From Phoronis australis (taxonomy: Eukaryota > Animalia > Phoronida): 64,000 nt of DNA. Position 1 is the first letter of the stretch, and the number at the start of each line of letters is the position of its first letter. Under the pieces are notes generated by a model, which saw only the letters and a program-made list of their open reading frames with translations, did not search any database and was not told the origin of the DNA. Shown here one piece after another: positions 25,245 through 38,620 of this stretch. A program made the translations under genes and the position numbers. The DNA is taken from contig NMRA01000062.1 in the NCBI GenBank assembly GCA_002633005.1, positions 915,981 through 979,980 of the forward strand, read 5' to 3'.

Positions 25245-28200
25245 TTAAAACAATGGAGGTTTTAAAAGATTTTTTGACGGAATGTGTCAGGGTTCTCCTT
25301 GAAAGTTCAAAATAACATCAAATTTCCTTGTTATGAAACTCTAGTGATACCCAATCAGGTATTGCTGACAGTGACTATCACCTGGAAGTAATGTTATATT
25401 CCAAGTTATTAACTTAAGATTATCGCAAACCTTATTTAGTTGCCTCCATTCTAACTTGTATATCAAAAACTAAGCTTTGTCAACAAGTAAAAGTATATAT
25501 TTTCTGAAAGAAAACAAATCAGGGGAAATAAAATTATGTTTCGTATTTATGTACCATTATTATTATTACGTTAACACCTTTTAAGTAAAAATTTCATTTT
25601 TAAGAAAGGTGCATTCATAGCAAAATAACGGCTCGGTCAATTTTAATGAAACCTTTTTGAAATGTAAACTTCATCAGTTACCTCAAAAACGCTGTTAGGA
25701 ATTTTCGATTAACCTTTTCGTTTGGTTGCTATGACAAATCAACTCACAAAACGTAAGGTGATTTTTATAAAAAATAGAAGTCGTATTCGTCTTTGTTACA
25801 TTACGTAAAATAAGGTATCTATATCAAAAATCCTGACAGTTTTTTTGAGAATGATGAAAAACATTAAGTTTGGAAAGATTCAGCGAAATCCACCGAACTG
25901 TTTTCGAGAACTCGTGTTCCTAAGTTCAAAAAAGTCGATTTGCCGAAACCGAGAAAAGCCGATTAAACTGGGACGAGTAGAAATCTCAAAATCTTCGGTT
26001 AATTATTCGGTGAAAACTTGTTTTCGGTCTATGTAACCTATACATGCCTTAACCATGTTAACTATTTCAAAATTCTCTAGCAATGTCAACTGAATTTGCA
26101 CTGCATAATTAACTTAATTATCATTAAAATGTACCGTCCACAGCCGGTACTGTTGCTTGATCTAAAAATAGGCCACAGTTCATCGTTATACACATTGTCT
26201 GTGCACCTCACGTGCCGGGAGATTGATTCGAGACCAAGTAAAAAATGGCTAACAATCGAGTCAGTGGTAAAAGCATCTGCATGAGATCGAAACAGCAAAA
26301 TGTCAATTTACTTAGTGAATTAAGGAATTTGGGTGAGAATTTATCCCTTTTCACAACTTGCTGTACCGGTAACCACAGAGGCAAGAGGAGAGAGGCGACT
26401 CGTAGCATTCGTTCTGAACGGTCGTAAGCCTGTAGACACGCAACTCCCTCAGGGCCAAAACTACGTTTTATCTTCTTTTTTCCCGGTACAGTTCTATCGT
26501 TAGTACACCTCGTTGACTCAATATTGTGGTGACTCGTTGAATAAAAGGACTGAGGCTTCATACGAAGCTGCTTTGTACCTGACGGGAAATTCGATTTGAG
26601 TGGCAGCCCTACATGTATAACCTTTGGCCTCGGAGAAGTAGAAAACACATGACTGTCCACGCGGTTGTGCGGTTCCAAGGTGGTTCGGCTAAATCTTTCT
26701 TCTCGCTACGCGGTGTATCTTTTGTATTTGAAGCTCCCGAGAATGAAGATAAGGTATTTCGCTAGACACATGTGAAATATTTTAGAAATGGCCAATTTTT
26801 GTGAATAAGGTTTGAGATTTCCTCAAAACCGGAGAAAACATGTGTACCGATCCAATTCTATGGAAAGCCATCTATTGGTCAGTGATTGGGTGTGTCGCGC
26901 TTGTGCGGTTGACTAATTCACAAAAGCTGAATAGCTGACCGGTTATTATCAATGGCTTCAAGTGCTACTGCAAACTTTCCATTGATGTCATAAGCACTCT
27001 TTCCTTTGAATTTCCATCCTTTGTGTAATTGGTAATAATACGGTGTACTCTACTATATGTGCCAAGCTCAATCACTACCGCATATACAAGAGTATCTTTG
27101 AGCTAAACCCTGACCAAGTATGAGAGCCCTTCCTTTGCTTTTTCGTAATTCTTCAAATGATATGCTTTACCTGGTAATAACAGGACTTGTTTCATCTTCA
27201 TTTCTGCACGTCGTCTGGTCCCGGAGGAATGCGGTACATTGCAATCGTGTATTCGTATTAAATTGGGGTGGCGTTGCGCTAACGCAAGACACTTGCGAAA
27301 GAACTGATGTTATCACAGACTTCGCAAAGACCTGCTTGGTTACACTATAATGCATCAAACTTACTCTCTTCGGCGCAACTGAATTTCGCGGATATTAAGA
27401 AATAATACAGATGAACTTCTACATAGATTTTGTCAGTATCATTTATTGCCATAACAGTCTTGTCAAATTCTTTCTTCTCGCCACCCAGTTACGAATTCTT
27501 ATTGATTTTAGTCATTATAAACTCACTTGCTTTAAAACTAAATTGTTGTTCTGCCACTATTTCATTGAAGAATACAATATTTATTTGCTTTTACAGGCTG
27601 ACAACTTGCTGAGATCCGGTGAAATGAGAAGATTTGTTTTTGGTCTGACCAGGGATGAGTTTTCGCTAGTTTAAAATTTGAGTTGGCTGCGGCATCTATA
27701 TGTAGCGTCGCTTATACAAACCTGCCTGGGTGTGGAAGCTTTTTTAATTTATAGCATATTAGGATAGAAATTCTTGACATCATCAAATCAGAGTTTCGCG
27801 TGTTAACAGCAAAAGTATCATTACTCTAATTTCACCACAAAGTATTTAAGCGTAAATAATACAGACATGTTCTTCTCAGTAACGCTGCTGATGACGTCAT
27901 CAATTTCGGGAGCTTGGTGCTTAGCGTAGATTTTGCCCGTTTTAATAATAGCATAGACTTTTTGTAGCTCTAATTATGATACACTAGTTTTCAAAAAAAT
28001 GACGAATCAAGTTTTGTCGAAAGTCATCTGGCTTCAGCGAAGTTGCGGTGAAAAGCCCGATGAAAACATATTGAAACACTAAATCACTGGCACATTTGCC
28101 GGGGTTTCTCCTCCAAAATTTCTCCGATTCTCAACTGAGAAGAAGACGTTTCATCACGTTTTTGAAAACTGTTGTAGGGTGTAACGCGCGATCCCCTGTG

Positions 28201-28879
28201 TTGGTTTTTCAATGGTTTTGTCAAAAATGTCAACAATATTAAAGCAAGACAAAAAACGAAATTGTGATTGCTTAACAGTTATGTCTAAGAATGGTGCCGC
28301 AAATCTAGTATGTAAGTGCTCGTCTAGTCAGAAAGAATAAATTGATGCTTTGAGTGCGTTTTATTTTTTTCAACCATCTCAAGCTTAGTCACAAGTTAAG
28401 AGAAGAACAAGCAAAGAAAACAACGAGTTTTGAACATATTCAACATAAAGGCTGTACCGGAAAATAAAGTGTGGTTTTCACCTACAAAGATACGTGGACT
28501 AACGATGAGTTCTGTTTATTGTAAGTCATGTTTCAGAACAATTCGCTACTTGAGTTCTTCGGTGGCGGGGCATATTATGCCTCACAATTTTGAACAACAC
28601 AAACGTGAAAGCACGCTTGTTCTATATGCATAACTATTTGTAGTTTGGATGCGACACCTCGTTTTCAATTATAATGTCGAATTCGTGCAAGTACACTAAC
28701 AATAAGAACGGCTGCCCAAAGTCTGATGAGGCACCAGGTACTCTATCGTGACTTTGACATTACGCAGCCGATTACCTACTCAATCAACACGCAATTAATC
28801 ATGGTCTCTATCGGGTTATTTTCAATGATCTGAGACTCCATTTATTCTTTATGTTATTAATGACTCGGTAGTTCTACAT

Positions 28880-29350
28880 CAAGGTACCTAAACTACACGG
28901 TTAACGGTTTCAGTAAACACGGTCACGGACGCATGAACACGACTCACGTACCTTCAATCACCGTTCACTGACTCACAAACACGAGAACGGACTTACAAAA
29001 CACGATCCATTCACCCAAATACACGGAAAACGGACTCGCATTCACAAAAAACACGGCTAACGGACCCTCAAACACGCTCTAGATGACAACTGACCCCGGC
29101 AGGAAGCCGATGAGTCCGTGACCCGTGTTTATGGCATGCTTTTCGGAGTGAACCGTGTTTGGCGGTCTGTTAACCGTGTTTATTCGTGAATGTGAGTCCG
29201 TGTTCTGTGTATTTAGGTGAATGGATCGTGTTTTGTGAGTCCGTTCCCGTGTGTGCGAGTCAGTGAACGGTGTTTGCGGGTATGTGACTCGTGTTCATGC
29301 GTCCGTGGCCGTGTTTACGAGTCCGTTAACCGTGTAGTTTAGGTGCCTTG
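28880..29350. mobile_element. Foldback MITE with ~200-bp TIRs and 5-bp TSD
   Basis: CAAGGTACCTAAACTACACGGTTAACGG ... CCGTTAACCGTGTAGTTTAGGTGCCTTG, with TACAT on both sides (28875-28879, 29351-29355). Confidence 0.88.
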
Positions 29351-29471
29351 TACATCGACCGTCACAAATTTTCCTGAGACTTTATGAGGGCTTGAGTTAC
29401 CCCTTGATATCCGCTAAGTCATTTTTCTGGCACAAGCCTCGTTTTATGTTGAACTTAGTGTTACAACAATA

Positions 29472-29724
29472 TATGCGCGCACCCAGCGTAAAATATAGGG
29501 GGGTTCGAATTTTTGACTAAGTGGCACAAACAAAGTGGGGACTAAAAAATTGGGTACCACCTTCTGAGCTATGAATTATGCATTCACGCCTTCTTAGTGG
29601 GCTTTTGTCTCGTTTTCTCGGACTTTTTGTTTCTCTGAGGCTGACCTTTTGCCAATTTCGCCAAATACGGGGGTAAGACGGAGGGGCGGGGCTCCTACGA
29701 GCCCCCCCTCCAGGTGCGCGCATG
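29472..29724. mobile_element. MITE family copy 1 (CATGCGCGCACC-type TIR)
   Basis: TATGCGCGCACCCAG ... CAGGTGCGCGCATG, flanked by CAATA on both sides. Confidence 0.75.
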
Positions 29725-29785
29725 CAATATTATACGAAACTTAACTGCATATTGGGTCCGGTTTATTACTACTGTTATCAATTTC

Positions 29786-30012
29786 ATCATTTTTGGCCAT
29801 AGTAAGATTAAAAAACGGACAATCGCCGCACAAATAAAAAAGTTCATGTTCTTTCAACGTTTCGTCTATTCATGAGACATCATCAGGATAATATATACAG
29901 CAAAACAGCAAGTGTTGAATATCAGTCAAGTCACATCCATGCAGTGAAATGAGAGTAGCAAGAGATACAGGGAATAGTAAGTAGGTCATCGCCAAAGTTA
30001 TATGGTCACTGA
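29786..30012 (-). mobile_element. Second copy of the Penelope-like terminal sequence, with a hammerhead motif at 29856-29886
   Basis: Aligns by eye to 24870-25072. Minus strand reads CTGATGA-T-GTCT-loop-AGAC-GAAA-CGTT. Confidence 0.7.
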
Positions 30013-30832
30013 GGTCGGCATGTTATTGAGAGAATCATCAGCATGTTGGTCTTGAATGGCCAATGACAACTGTAACAAAAGTTGCCGTTGTAGTAAATCG
30101 GGACCATCATGGCAACTTTATACGAACGCCGTCACATCTGTTGAGGTGGCTCTTCTGTTTTCGACAATACGCTGACTCACTGACTTACCGTATGACTCTG
30201 AACACAATGAGGTTCACAGGGCCTCCGTGGCTTCTCGCCATCTGATCTGGTTGATAGCGTTTGTTCGGATCTCAATCCTTGACTTACCAATACGAAAATG
30301 TCCAGATGCCACAGTTTTTCTCCAATTTTGCTTAGGTTTGCCTCGCTTCCGTCTCCTTATGGGGTTCCTGTAAGGGTAAACTTGGTGGTATTTGCATTCG
30401 GCTTTCGTAGCGCGTGTGCGCCAATACGCACGTGCTCAAAGTCGGTATTGAGCCGCTCCGTTGGGTTTCTTAAATATTTTCATACTTTTAATACCATAAC
30501 ATTTACTGGCAGCAGTAAAGTTACCCCAGAGTAGCACCAGAAGCATTATGCCTGGGTTCTTTAGTAACATGTTATGAAAAAATGTGTAAAAGTCACGAAT
30601 TATCGTACATCGATGGTTACTGTAACAAAATCACGAGACTGCAGTTACGACTGTAGTATGTACTACATATGGATTACTGAGCAGTGGTATCAAAACGTTA
30701 ATATTTATGTACTAACCCGGGTATTAAAGAACCTGGAACACGAAAAACAGACTAAATTACATAATTCAGAGGGGTTCCCTGCCATTGACACAGTTCACAA
30801 GGTGTTATGGATTGTTCGTTGAGTTTCTATTG

Positions 30833-31101
30833 CACGGGCGCACCCGGGGGGGGGGGCTCAAGCGAGTCCCCCAGTTTGGCGAATTGGGCAAAAAGGTCCG
30901 CCCCCGTGAAACAAAAAATCCGAGTAAATGAGACAAAAGTCCACAAAGCCCACGGGAATTTAGCGCGGACGCACAATCCGTAGGCCTAAACCTAGTGGCC
31001 CCCGGTTGTTTTTTTTAGTCCTCGTTCATCTTTTTCAGTAAAAGGTCCGCCACACCGAAAAATTCGAGCACCCCCTATATTTTAGGCTGGGTGCGCGCAT
31101 G
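30833..31101. mobile_element. MITE family copy 2, inverted relative to copy 1
   Basis: CACGGGCGCACCCGG ... CTGGGTGCGCGCATG; shares internal blocks with copy 1 (CCCCCTATATTTTA, GAGACAAAAG); flanks TATTG/TGTTG. Confidence 0.75.
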
Positions 31102-32134
31102 TGTTGATGACAAACCATTTTTCTCTTAGTTTCAAATTTCAAAAAACGATCTGTCAACTGCCCATCACTTCGTCAATTTTTCTCGCGCAAGGCAAAGCAC
31201 GTCTTCTTATTTAGTATAGTAAGTCATAGGTATAAAACATTTCCTTTATATGGCGCGTATTTCAAAAATGGCGAATTTTGTGATATTTTAGAAAATTGGT
31301 CCTCACAAGGGAAAGTGAATTACTCTGTATTAGACGTTGAGAGACGGTACGTTCGCCAAGAATCGTTTAACAGATATTTTGACTAGCTTTCGCGTTCCAT
31401 GCCTCTTTAACAGTGCGATTCTCCAATTAAGTGAAAGAATTGTTCGTGTTACTTCTAAACGTTTGTAGTCTGTGGCCTCAGACAATGTTTAATCAAAATG
31501 GAACGCCAGAGACCGGGAACGTTAGTGCACCTTCTCTCGACTTCCGGTTAGGGCGGGCAGATGGTAGAGAAGGGACGGGGTACTCCTACAGAACAAGTAT
31601 ACGGGAAGGGAAACCTTTTCTCGACTAGTTTCCCTATGAAAGGATTGTCTTCCGACAAAATTCCCAGCGAACTTGTGCTTATAGAGTTAATTGAAACTAA
31701 AAACGGGAAGGAGCTCCGGACCAAAACCCTGCAAATGGATGACTTTATCATGCAACTGCTCTACACTAATGAATACTTTTTTGAGTCCCCTCATCGCAAA
31801 TATAGTCCATTACCCCGGGTCGGCAAGGATATTTCGAAAACATATAGCGATGGGCACAGTCACTTATTCTGTAGCGTGACTACATGAGTCCTCGGCTAAA
31901 GTATATTCCCTGCTACTCTCAACAAATCCGTTCACAAACATATTATCAGAGATAACATTTTACAATGCCTTTGGGAAAAGTCGTAACAACAACCCTATCG
32001 TTATAACCGGTTTCTCTACGTGATCGTTTCGTACGGCTTTACTGTTGTTTATTGTGTTACATAAATCGACCCTAAAGAGACAAGTCAGTGGTGCTGTTCA
32101 ACTGTAAGTTCTCGTGCGACAAGAGCAACAATAT

Positions 32135-32256
32135 TAGTAATAGCAACAGTAAAAGTAATAGTAATTAATAATGATAATGATAGTAACAGCAACAGTAACA
32201 GTAATAATAACAATAACAATAACAGAAACAGTAATGGTAATAGTAATAGTAATAGT

Positions 32257-32308
<52 letters not shown>

Positions 32309-32369
32309 GTAATAATAATAATAATAGTAATGGTAATATTAATAGAAATAGTAATAGTAATAATAATAG
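32135..32369. repeat. (AAT)n microsatellite with AGT/AAC variants
   Basis: Directly visible trinucleotide run. Confidence 0.97.
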
Positions 32370-34104
32370 AATGTCGTTGACATGGAAATGTCAGACTCAC
32401 GTCGTGCATGATATTAAACAAGAGGTAGAATTGCTGCACGTGTAATGACTATTACCTCCGGCGGGGAAAGGGTTCTATCTTCAAGAAATGTACAGTGTAG
32501 GAGCAGTAATTTTGAGGAAGTCCATCTACCGGACTGTTTTTCGAGTAGATTCAAGTATTGTTTTGAGCATAAAGGACACTAAATGCGGATTTTGATTATT
32601 AACGGATATGAAGGACAGCTTTACCCACTCAAGAGATCAAACACCTAACGATAATGAGTGGATCCTCATTATTCTTTGAAAGTTTGATTCAAGTTCGTCA
32701 ACAATCGGCAAGCTTGCCTTGACGTTCAGAGCGATTTTTTCGGGCGACCGAGCGGAGGACTGAGCCGCGCAGCTCAAACCTCGAATCTAGCTTGTGACAC
32801 ATTGAGGACATAGTTTATCTGTTTGCTATCATGTTTCTCATTAGTATATTATGGAAGTTGTTTTGGGTAAAATCATCAAAACACGTTGAGTATCCTTTTA
32901 ATTACTCGTCTTGTTTATATGTGTGCTCATCGGGCCGACAGTAGACCACCAACATAGTAGGCCTTCTTTCTGCGAAAAATGCTAGCTTCTGTCTACACGT
33001 GGATGTTTTCAGTGTGACCTGTGGTGCGACGATTTTGTTTACTGATGCCAGTCAGCGGCTATTCAATAGCCTGATACAGAGTCCCTTATTGTTGTGCGTT
33101 GCGTAACCCATCTCGACAACGTTACACCACGAGGGTTGGTCATGCTGGGTCAGTTGTTGTAACCAACTTAGTCCACGGAGTAACGCATCTGTGATCTTGG
33201 CTGGTGTGACATCTACGTTGAATTTATACAGTTTCAACAGGTATGATTTGATACTGAAATTTACAAGTCTAGCGTAGGCGTTGCAGGTACATGTGTCCTC
33301 GAGATCAATCTAGCGCCCGCCTGTGCTTTAACCGTGAACGAAGCTCTCACGAAAGTGTCGTTTGACCGGGTCGTTATATGTTGCCAAATAATTTCGTTTT
33401 TTCTACAAGATCTGGTAGTTTCGACAAGATTTCATACTTTTCACGTGTTCTAAGGGTGGTATGACCCAAATTTCACCTCTGACACTAGCTGCGCAACGAA
33501 ACATCACCCGGCTCAACAGAAGGACTCAGTGACCAGTTTACGTAGAAAATGAGGGTTGGGCTGGTGGAACACCGGGACAGTGGAACATAGGGTCGGAGGA
33601 CCATAGGAATGAGGGGACATCTGCTGGGGAACATAGGGATGGACTAATATACTATGTTATAGGGACCGGGGAACAACGCTACGCACACCTCTGAGACTGC
33701 TACACTCAAAACCAAGGAAACCAACGTATCTAACAGGTGTCTAAAACGCCTTAAAAGTGTACTCTTGCCTGTTCGGTTTAGGAATTTCGTGCGCATAGAT
33801 AAAGAGACTTGACAATATATGAAAATAACACTTCTCGATGTTGACGATGTTTTGATCATCCAATTCGCAAACAGTGCAAAATTTAGTCCTGATTCATAGC
33901 TATCGATATCTACTCACAAATGATTACAATACTGACCACCAACTGAAAAACTAATTAAAAAATATCTTCATGCACCCCCGTGCATGGCGCCATCTAAATG
34001 GACATTGTCAGCAATTTCCAGTAAAAGGTTGCGCTAACACGAGTAGATATTTTGCCTGTTGAGTTTTTCCGTAACTTCATTCTTCAAGTTGCTTCAGTGA
34101 ATAA

Positions 34105-34640
34105 GTCCCTTCGGAGTATTGGCCATTTTAATGATATTTTCGGAGTATAGGCTCTACGGAGACTAGACCCCTCTGAGTGTTGGCCTTTCTGAGTGCACGT
34201 CTTTTGAAGTCTTATCCCCACGGAATGTAGGCCCCTCGGAGTGTAGGCCATTCGGAGTGTAGGCCCCTAATGTACGTAGTGTAGGCCCTACGGAGTGTTG
34301 ACCGTTAATAGATTGTGGGCCCTAGAGATTGTTGGCCCTTCGGAATGCAGGCTCAACGGATTGTAGGCCCTTCGGATTGTAGGCCCATAATGGTGTGTAG
34401 GCCCTACGGAGCGTTTGCCCTAATGGAATGTGGACCCTAGGGATTGCTGGCCCTTCGGAATGTAGGCCCTACGGATTGTAGGCCCTTCGGAGTGTAGGCC
34501 CCTAATGGAGTGTAGCTTTAGGGACTGTTGTCCCTTCGGAGTGCAGGCCTTAGGAAGTATAGGCTCTTCGGAGTGCAGACTTTAGGAAATATAGGTCCTT
34601 CGGAGTGTAGGCCCTAAGGAGTGTAGCCCTTTCGGACTGA
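34105..34640. repeat. Minisatellite of ~16-17 bp units (GGCCCTTCGGAGTGTA consensus)
   Basis: Roughly 30 degenerate head-to-tail units without unique spacers. Confidence 0.9.
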
Positions 34641-37600
34641 GTAGAGACCTGACCCGACGTTGTTGTTTGTCTGAGAAAGACATTGACCAGACACGAAATA
34701 TTATCAACCTTTAGTACATTTCTGCAACTTTACTCGTGTGTTAGATGTTTGCTGTTCTTTGTAGGATCGACAAAGATACAAATTTTTAAACAGGTAGCAC
34801 TAATGCGTCTTCAATCAGTTTTACTTAGATTGCGACGTTTTATTTAGACTATAATATACCTATGTAGTTGAGGAAACATTGCTAATGTCGAAATATCCAC
34901 CACAGCATATGTAGTATTTTAGATGACTTGGGCGTTACTGAAAATTAAAAATCTCACACAGAATAGAGAATTGGAAGTAGGCGTAGTGTTGTTTATTTAA
35001 GGTAATAAAGTAACACATGGCGTTAATTGAACACTTTGTTTCGTGCGACCTGAAGGTATTTTAGCCACACAATAGTTGCTGATTTACGATACAGGGTTCT
35101 CTCTGAGCAAACTGCACCTGATGTTGAAGTGTACTAGTTTGCCTTTCTCCTACTTCGAAGCAACAGCATTACGGCAATAGTGAATTTCGCCGTTTTAACA
35201 GCTAAATGATTAAAAGTAAGTGTCTCTATATGCAACACTGTTAAATCGCTTGGCTTGTAAAGCAGACAAAATTCAGACTTATTAAAAAATTGAAGTCAAG
35301 ATTTTAAAGACGACTCGGAGCGTTTCAAACACGATGTAGACGATGTAGTGCCAGGTTTGAATACATCTACGGAAAGCAATGTGATGGCCTGTTTAATACA
35401 AGTCAAGCGCTGTAGACAGTGAGGCATATACCGTGGATTGAATAGGATTTAATTGTGCCACGGTTGAGTTAAATCACCGGCAGCAATGAAATACGTGTAC
35501 AATCGTGTCTGTTCTCATGTGGCAAGTCATGTGTTAAAGACGAGGCTAAAACCAGCTCCACCCACCAATTATGCAACCATCCAAATTCTTAAGCTTCCCT
35601 TTCAATAGAGACTACCTTCGGCACAAACAACTGGTCCACAATAGCGCCTTAGGTGTGTTCAATAACCTTTTGCCATGTCAGGTACTAGGTAAACATAACC
35701 ACGTTATAGACCCGATAACGAGGATGTCACGAAATAAGGCAAAGCTGTTCAAAATTGAAGATTTCGCGTGAAGAGTGCTAATAACTTATATGTTCACGTG
35801 AATATGTTCTGGATCAAAATAAATAAACCTTTCATTTTTTCATGTGCTTGTTATTAGTTTCCCCCCACTCTCTGAAGCAAGCGGGTCCACCCTGTACATC
35901 TGTGATGGTTTTAGCGTCCGCTAGTGTTTTTGGCGCGTATTTGAGCGGACTTTTCCACCCAATGCAAAGAACCTACCGAAACATGTGAAGACCAGAAGAG
36001 AAATGGAAAGCATTAACTTTCATGACCCAAAATTGGAAAGAGGACAAGGGAGTAAGGGGTGCGAAGGTAGCGCAATGTTTGAAATGTGCGCCAACTTTTG
36101 AAGTGGACATGGCCAGCAATGCCACACCTGTACTGAATTCGCATGACATCGACTGTCCCTAATTTGGAAACATGTTTTTGTCGTAAAATATGGTTCGCGC
36201 GCTGTTTCCCACTGCTTAGAATTGTAGATGGTGTCAATATTATTATTTTTATTCCACTCCCTTCCTATTTGGCGGAGAATAATAGGTAAACCTGTCTCAA
36301 CACTAGCGTTGCAAATATTTGTCTGCACCAATGCACAAAAGACGCTTGTTGATCGGAGAGTCCATGCTAGTAAGCAACATTGCGTGAACGGATACAGGGT
36401 TAAATGAAGTAAACCTGTTCAAGACGTCATTAATATCATAAATAATTAGTTCATAACTACACACGCGAGAGTTAAGTGTACACAGAGCAAAAAGCTAGCT
36501 TAGGTAAACTCAGCAGATTGTGAATGATTAAACTTCAAGAAATATACTCGTAGGCCTGCATTTAGATTCCAGGGCTTGGAAGTTTCGTCTTTTAAGGATT
36601 TTGGTTTCGGTTTCCTCTTATTTGGTTTCCAGTTTCCTCAGTTTTCGACTCTATTTATCATTATTTTTTACTTTATTCATGCAAAAACATTCATTTCAGT
36701 TAAATTTTACAACACAAAATCATTTCTATCACAGAAGCCTATTTATTTGTGAACGAAACATCACTTGGGAGATTTTCTTCTTTTGGGTCATTGGTCATTC
36801 CAATCTCTGAGGTCTAATGTAATACGCCACTTGTGTTTAAAAATTTTCACGTGAATCTGCGTTTCGTCAAACACGACAATGTGAATTATCTTGGAATCTC
36901 GCCACAAAATTCTCAGTGAGTTTTACAATGGGGTTTAAAACGAAATAATCACTACCCAAATTTAGTTACAAACCCGTCTTTCCGATTTTTTTTTGTAAAA
37001 TCTATTGTTTTGGAACATTATGGCGGGCCTTGTGGTGGATTTTTCAACCTCGGTTAGTAAATGTTGGTTTGTGACGGGCCCCGGTTCATTTTAATTCAAA
37101 GTTAAATTGACTTGGGAACCGGTTAAAATCTTTAAATATTGGCGGGGTCTAGGCCATAACCTAATGACAAAATCACCGATTTGGCCTCCGCAGTTGCCTT
37201 TGCGGCGTCCAGGCGAAGTTTTGTTATGCTGGAACCCGTCCGGGCCTCTCTCAGTTGTCGAATAAACGTGATTGCATCGAATTCGACAAGGGCCCCTCAG
37301 TTTTGAAAATGAAACGAACAGAACGAGCGAGACCAAACCTTTTGGATATCTCTTGAGTCTAGTGGCACAAGTCTACGATTCTTAACACCAGACAGACGTT
37401 TTCTGGTAACCAACCATTTTTCTACAAGAAATACTTTCTCTTACCGAGTACCCTCTGTGTTTCCCTATGGGACAGCGTGAAAACAAATAAAACTTCTTAC
37501 TGTGGATCTCGATTTCCACTTGGTATCTGGACCTTAATGATCGCCTGCGTAGGGCTCTTCTAGAAGAGACCCTTTGGAAATACTTGGACACTCGAGGGTT

Positions 37601-38585
37601 TTCTATTTCTTTTGATGGCGGAAATTGGGACAGTAACGCATGAAAGAGTTGGGACGGATATGCTCACCCCCACAGGGTGTTTGAAGGATTAAAATGACCC
37701 ATCTGCACGGAGTTTATATGAAATACACGTTGATATCCTTTCGTAGAAATTTATTCCCTTAAGATAGACGCCTGAATGGCTTTTAATGTCTGTAAAATGA
37801 TTATTGGTGATTGGGAAACACCTGTTTGGACTATAGTTTGTATTCTACAAAACAGAACCATAATTCGAAAACTATCTGTAGAACGAAATTACATATTGGA
37901 TAACCAGCTTTATGTATCTATGTGGTACTAATATTCAACAGTTCCTCGTTCCCTACTGCTCGTCAATGTCTAAACTCCAGGTTAAAGAAAAGAATTCACA
38001 CACTGCCTGATGGACATCCGTGGGATGAGAAATCGCTGGAAGTTCATAAATTAGAAACTTACAAGTTATACATTTGAATAGAATTAAGTGATAGAAAAAT
38101 ATGTCCCAACTGTAAATGGAGAAAAAAAGCTTAAGGATTTAGCAAATGACCAATAGAGATTGGAAGATATCTGAGTCTTCCTGGGGGTATAGATGATGCA
38201 CTGCTTGTATGCAATCAACAGTTTGATGAGGACCAGTGTCATTTTTAACTGGGTTCCTGCTCTATAACAACTTCCTATATACAGTGTGGTAAGTAATTTG
38301 AACTCTGAACTAACGTAAGAAAATATCATTCCGGGATGTAATAGTTTAAATTTAAAATTTGCCATCAGCCAACTACCACTGAGACGACTTAGATTAGTAT
38401 TATGTATCGTATAATTGTGGATAACTTTGGTCTGGAGACATATTGCTCAACAAAGAAATTAGCATACTCTAGATTTTTTTCCTAAAATGCACCCTTGATA
38501 GGGAATCCTGGTCATGAAAAAATCCATTCACCTGAGCGAGCTATACATGTATACCACCCGAGATTACTAAAATACATTAAAATAT

Positions 38586-38620
38586 CCCCACGTTTCGAGC
38601 GATGCGCTCTTTGTCAAGGG
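38586..38620 (-). ncRNA. Degenerate hammerhead-like motif, U3-A8 core variant
   Basis: Minus strand reads CCC-TTGACAA-A-GAGCG-CAT-CGCTC-GAAA-CGTG-GGG: perfect stem II and 3-bp stem I, but GUG at the cleavage position. Confidence 0.35.

Noticed and set aside
28723-28750. Isolated CTGATGA heptamers (also near 27888 and 62577)
   Set aside because: No paired stem II followed by GAAA, so not hammerhead motifs.
31431-31887. Overlapping short ORFs, including a 108-aa plus-strand ORF
   Set aside because: No recognisable domain or linked exon chain.
32134-32439. Poly-Ile ORFs on both strands
   Set aside because: Artefacts of the (AAT)n microsatellite.
34105-34640. CRISPR-like appearance of the regular short repeats
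   Set aside because: Units are adjacent and degenerate, with no unique spacers and no cas genes; the context is eukaryotic.
26200-37600. Scattered exon-like segments with plausible splice sites (e.g. 27171-27344 minus, 33013-33239 plus)
   Set aside because: No consistent open frame or homology; they could be UTR or lncRNA exons but cannot be supported from sequence alone.
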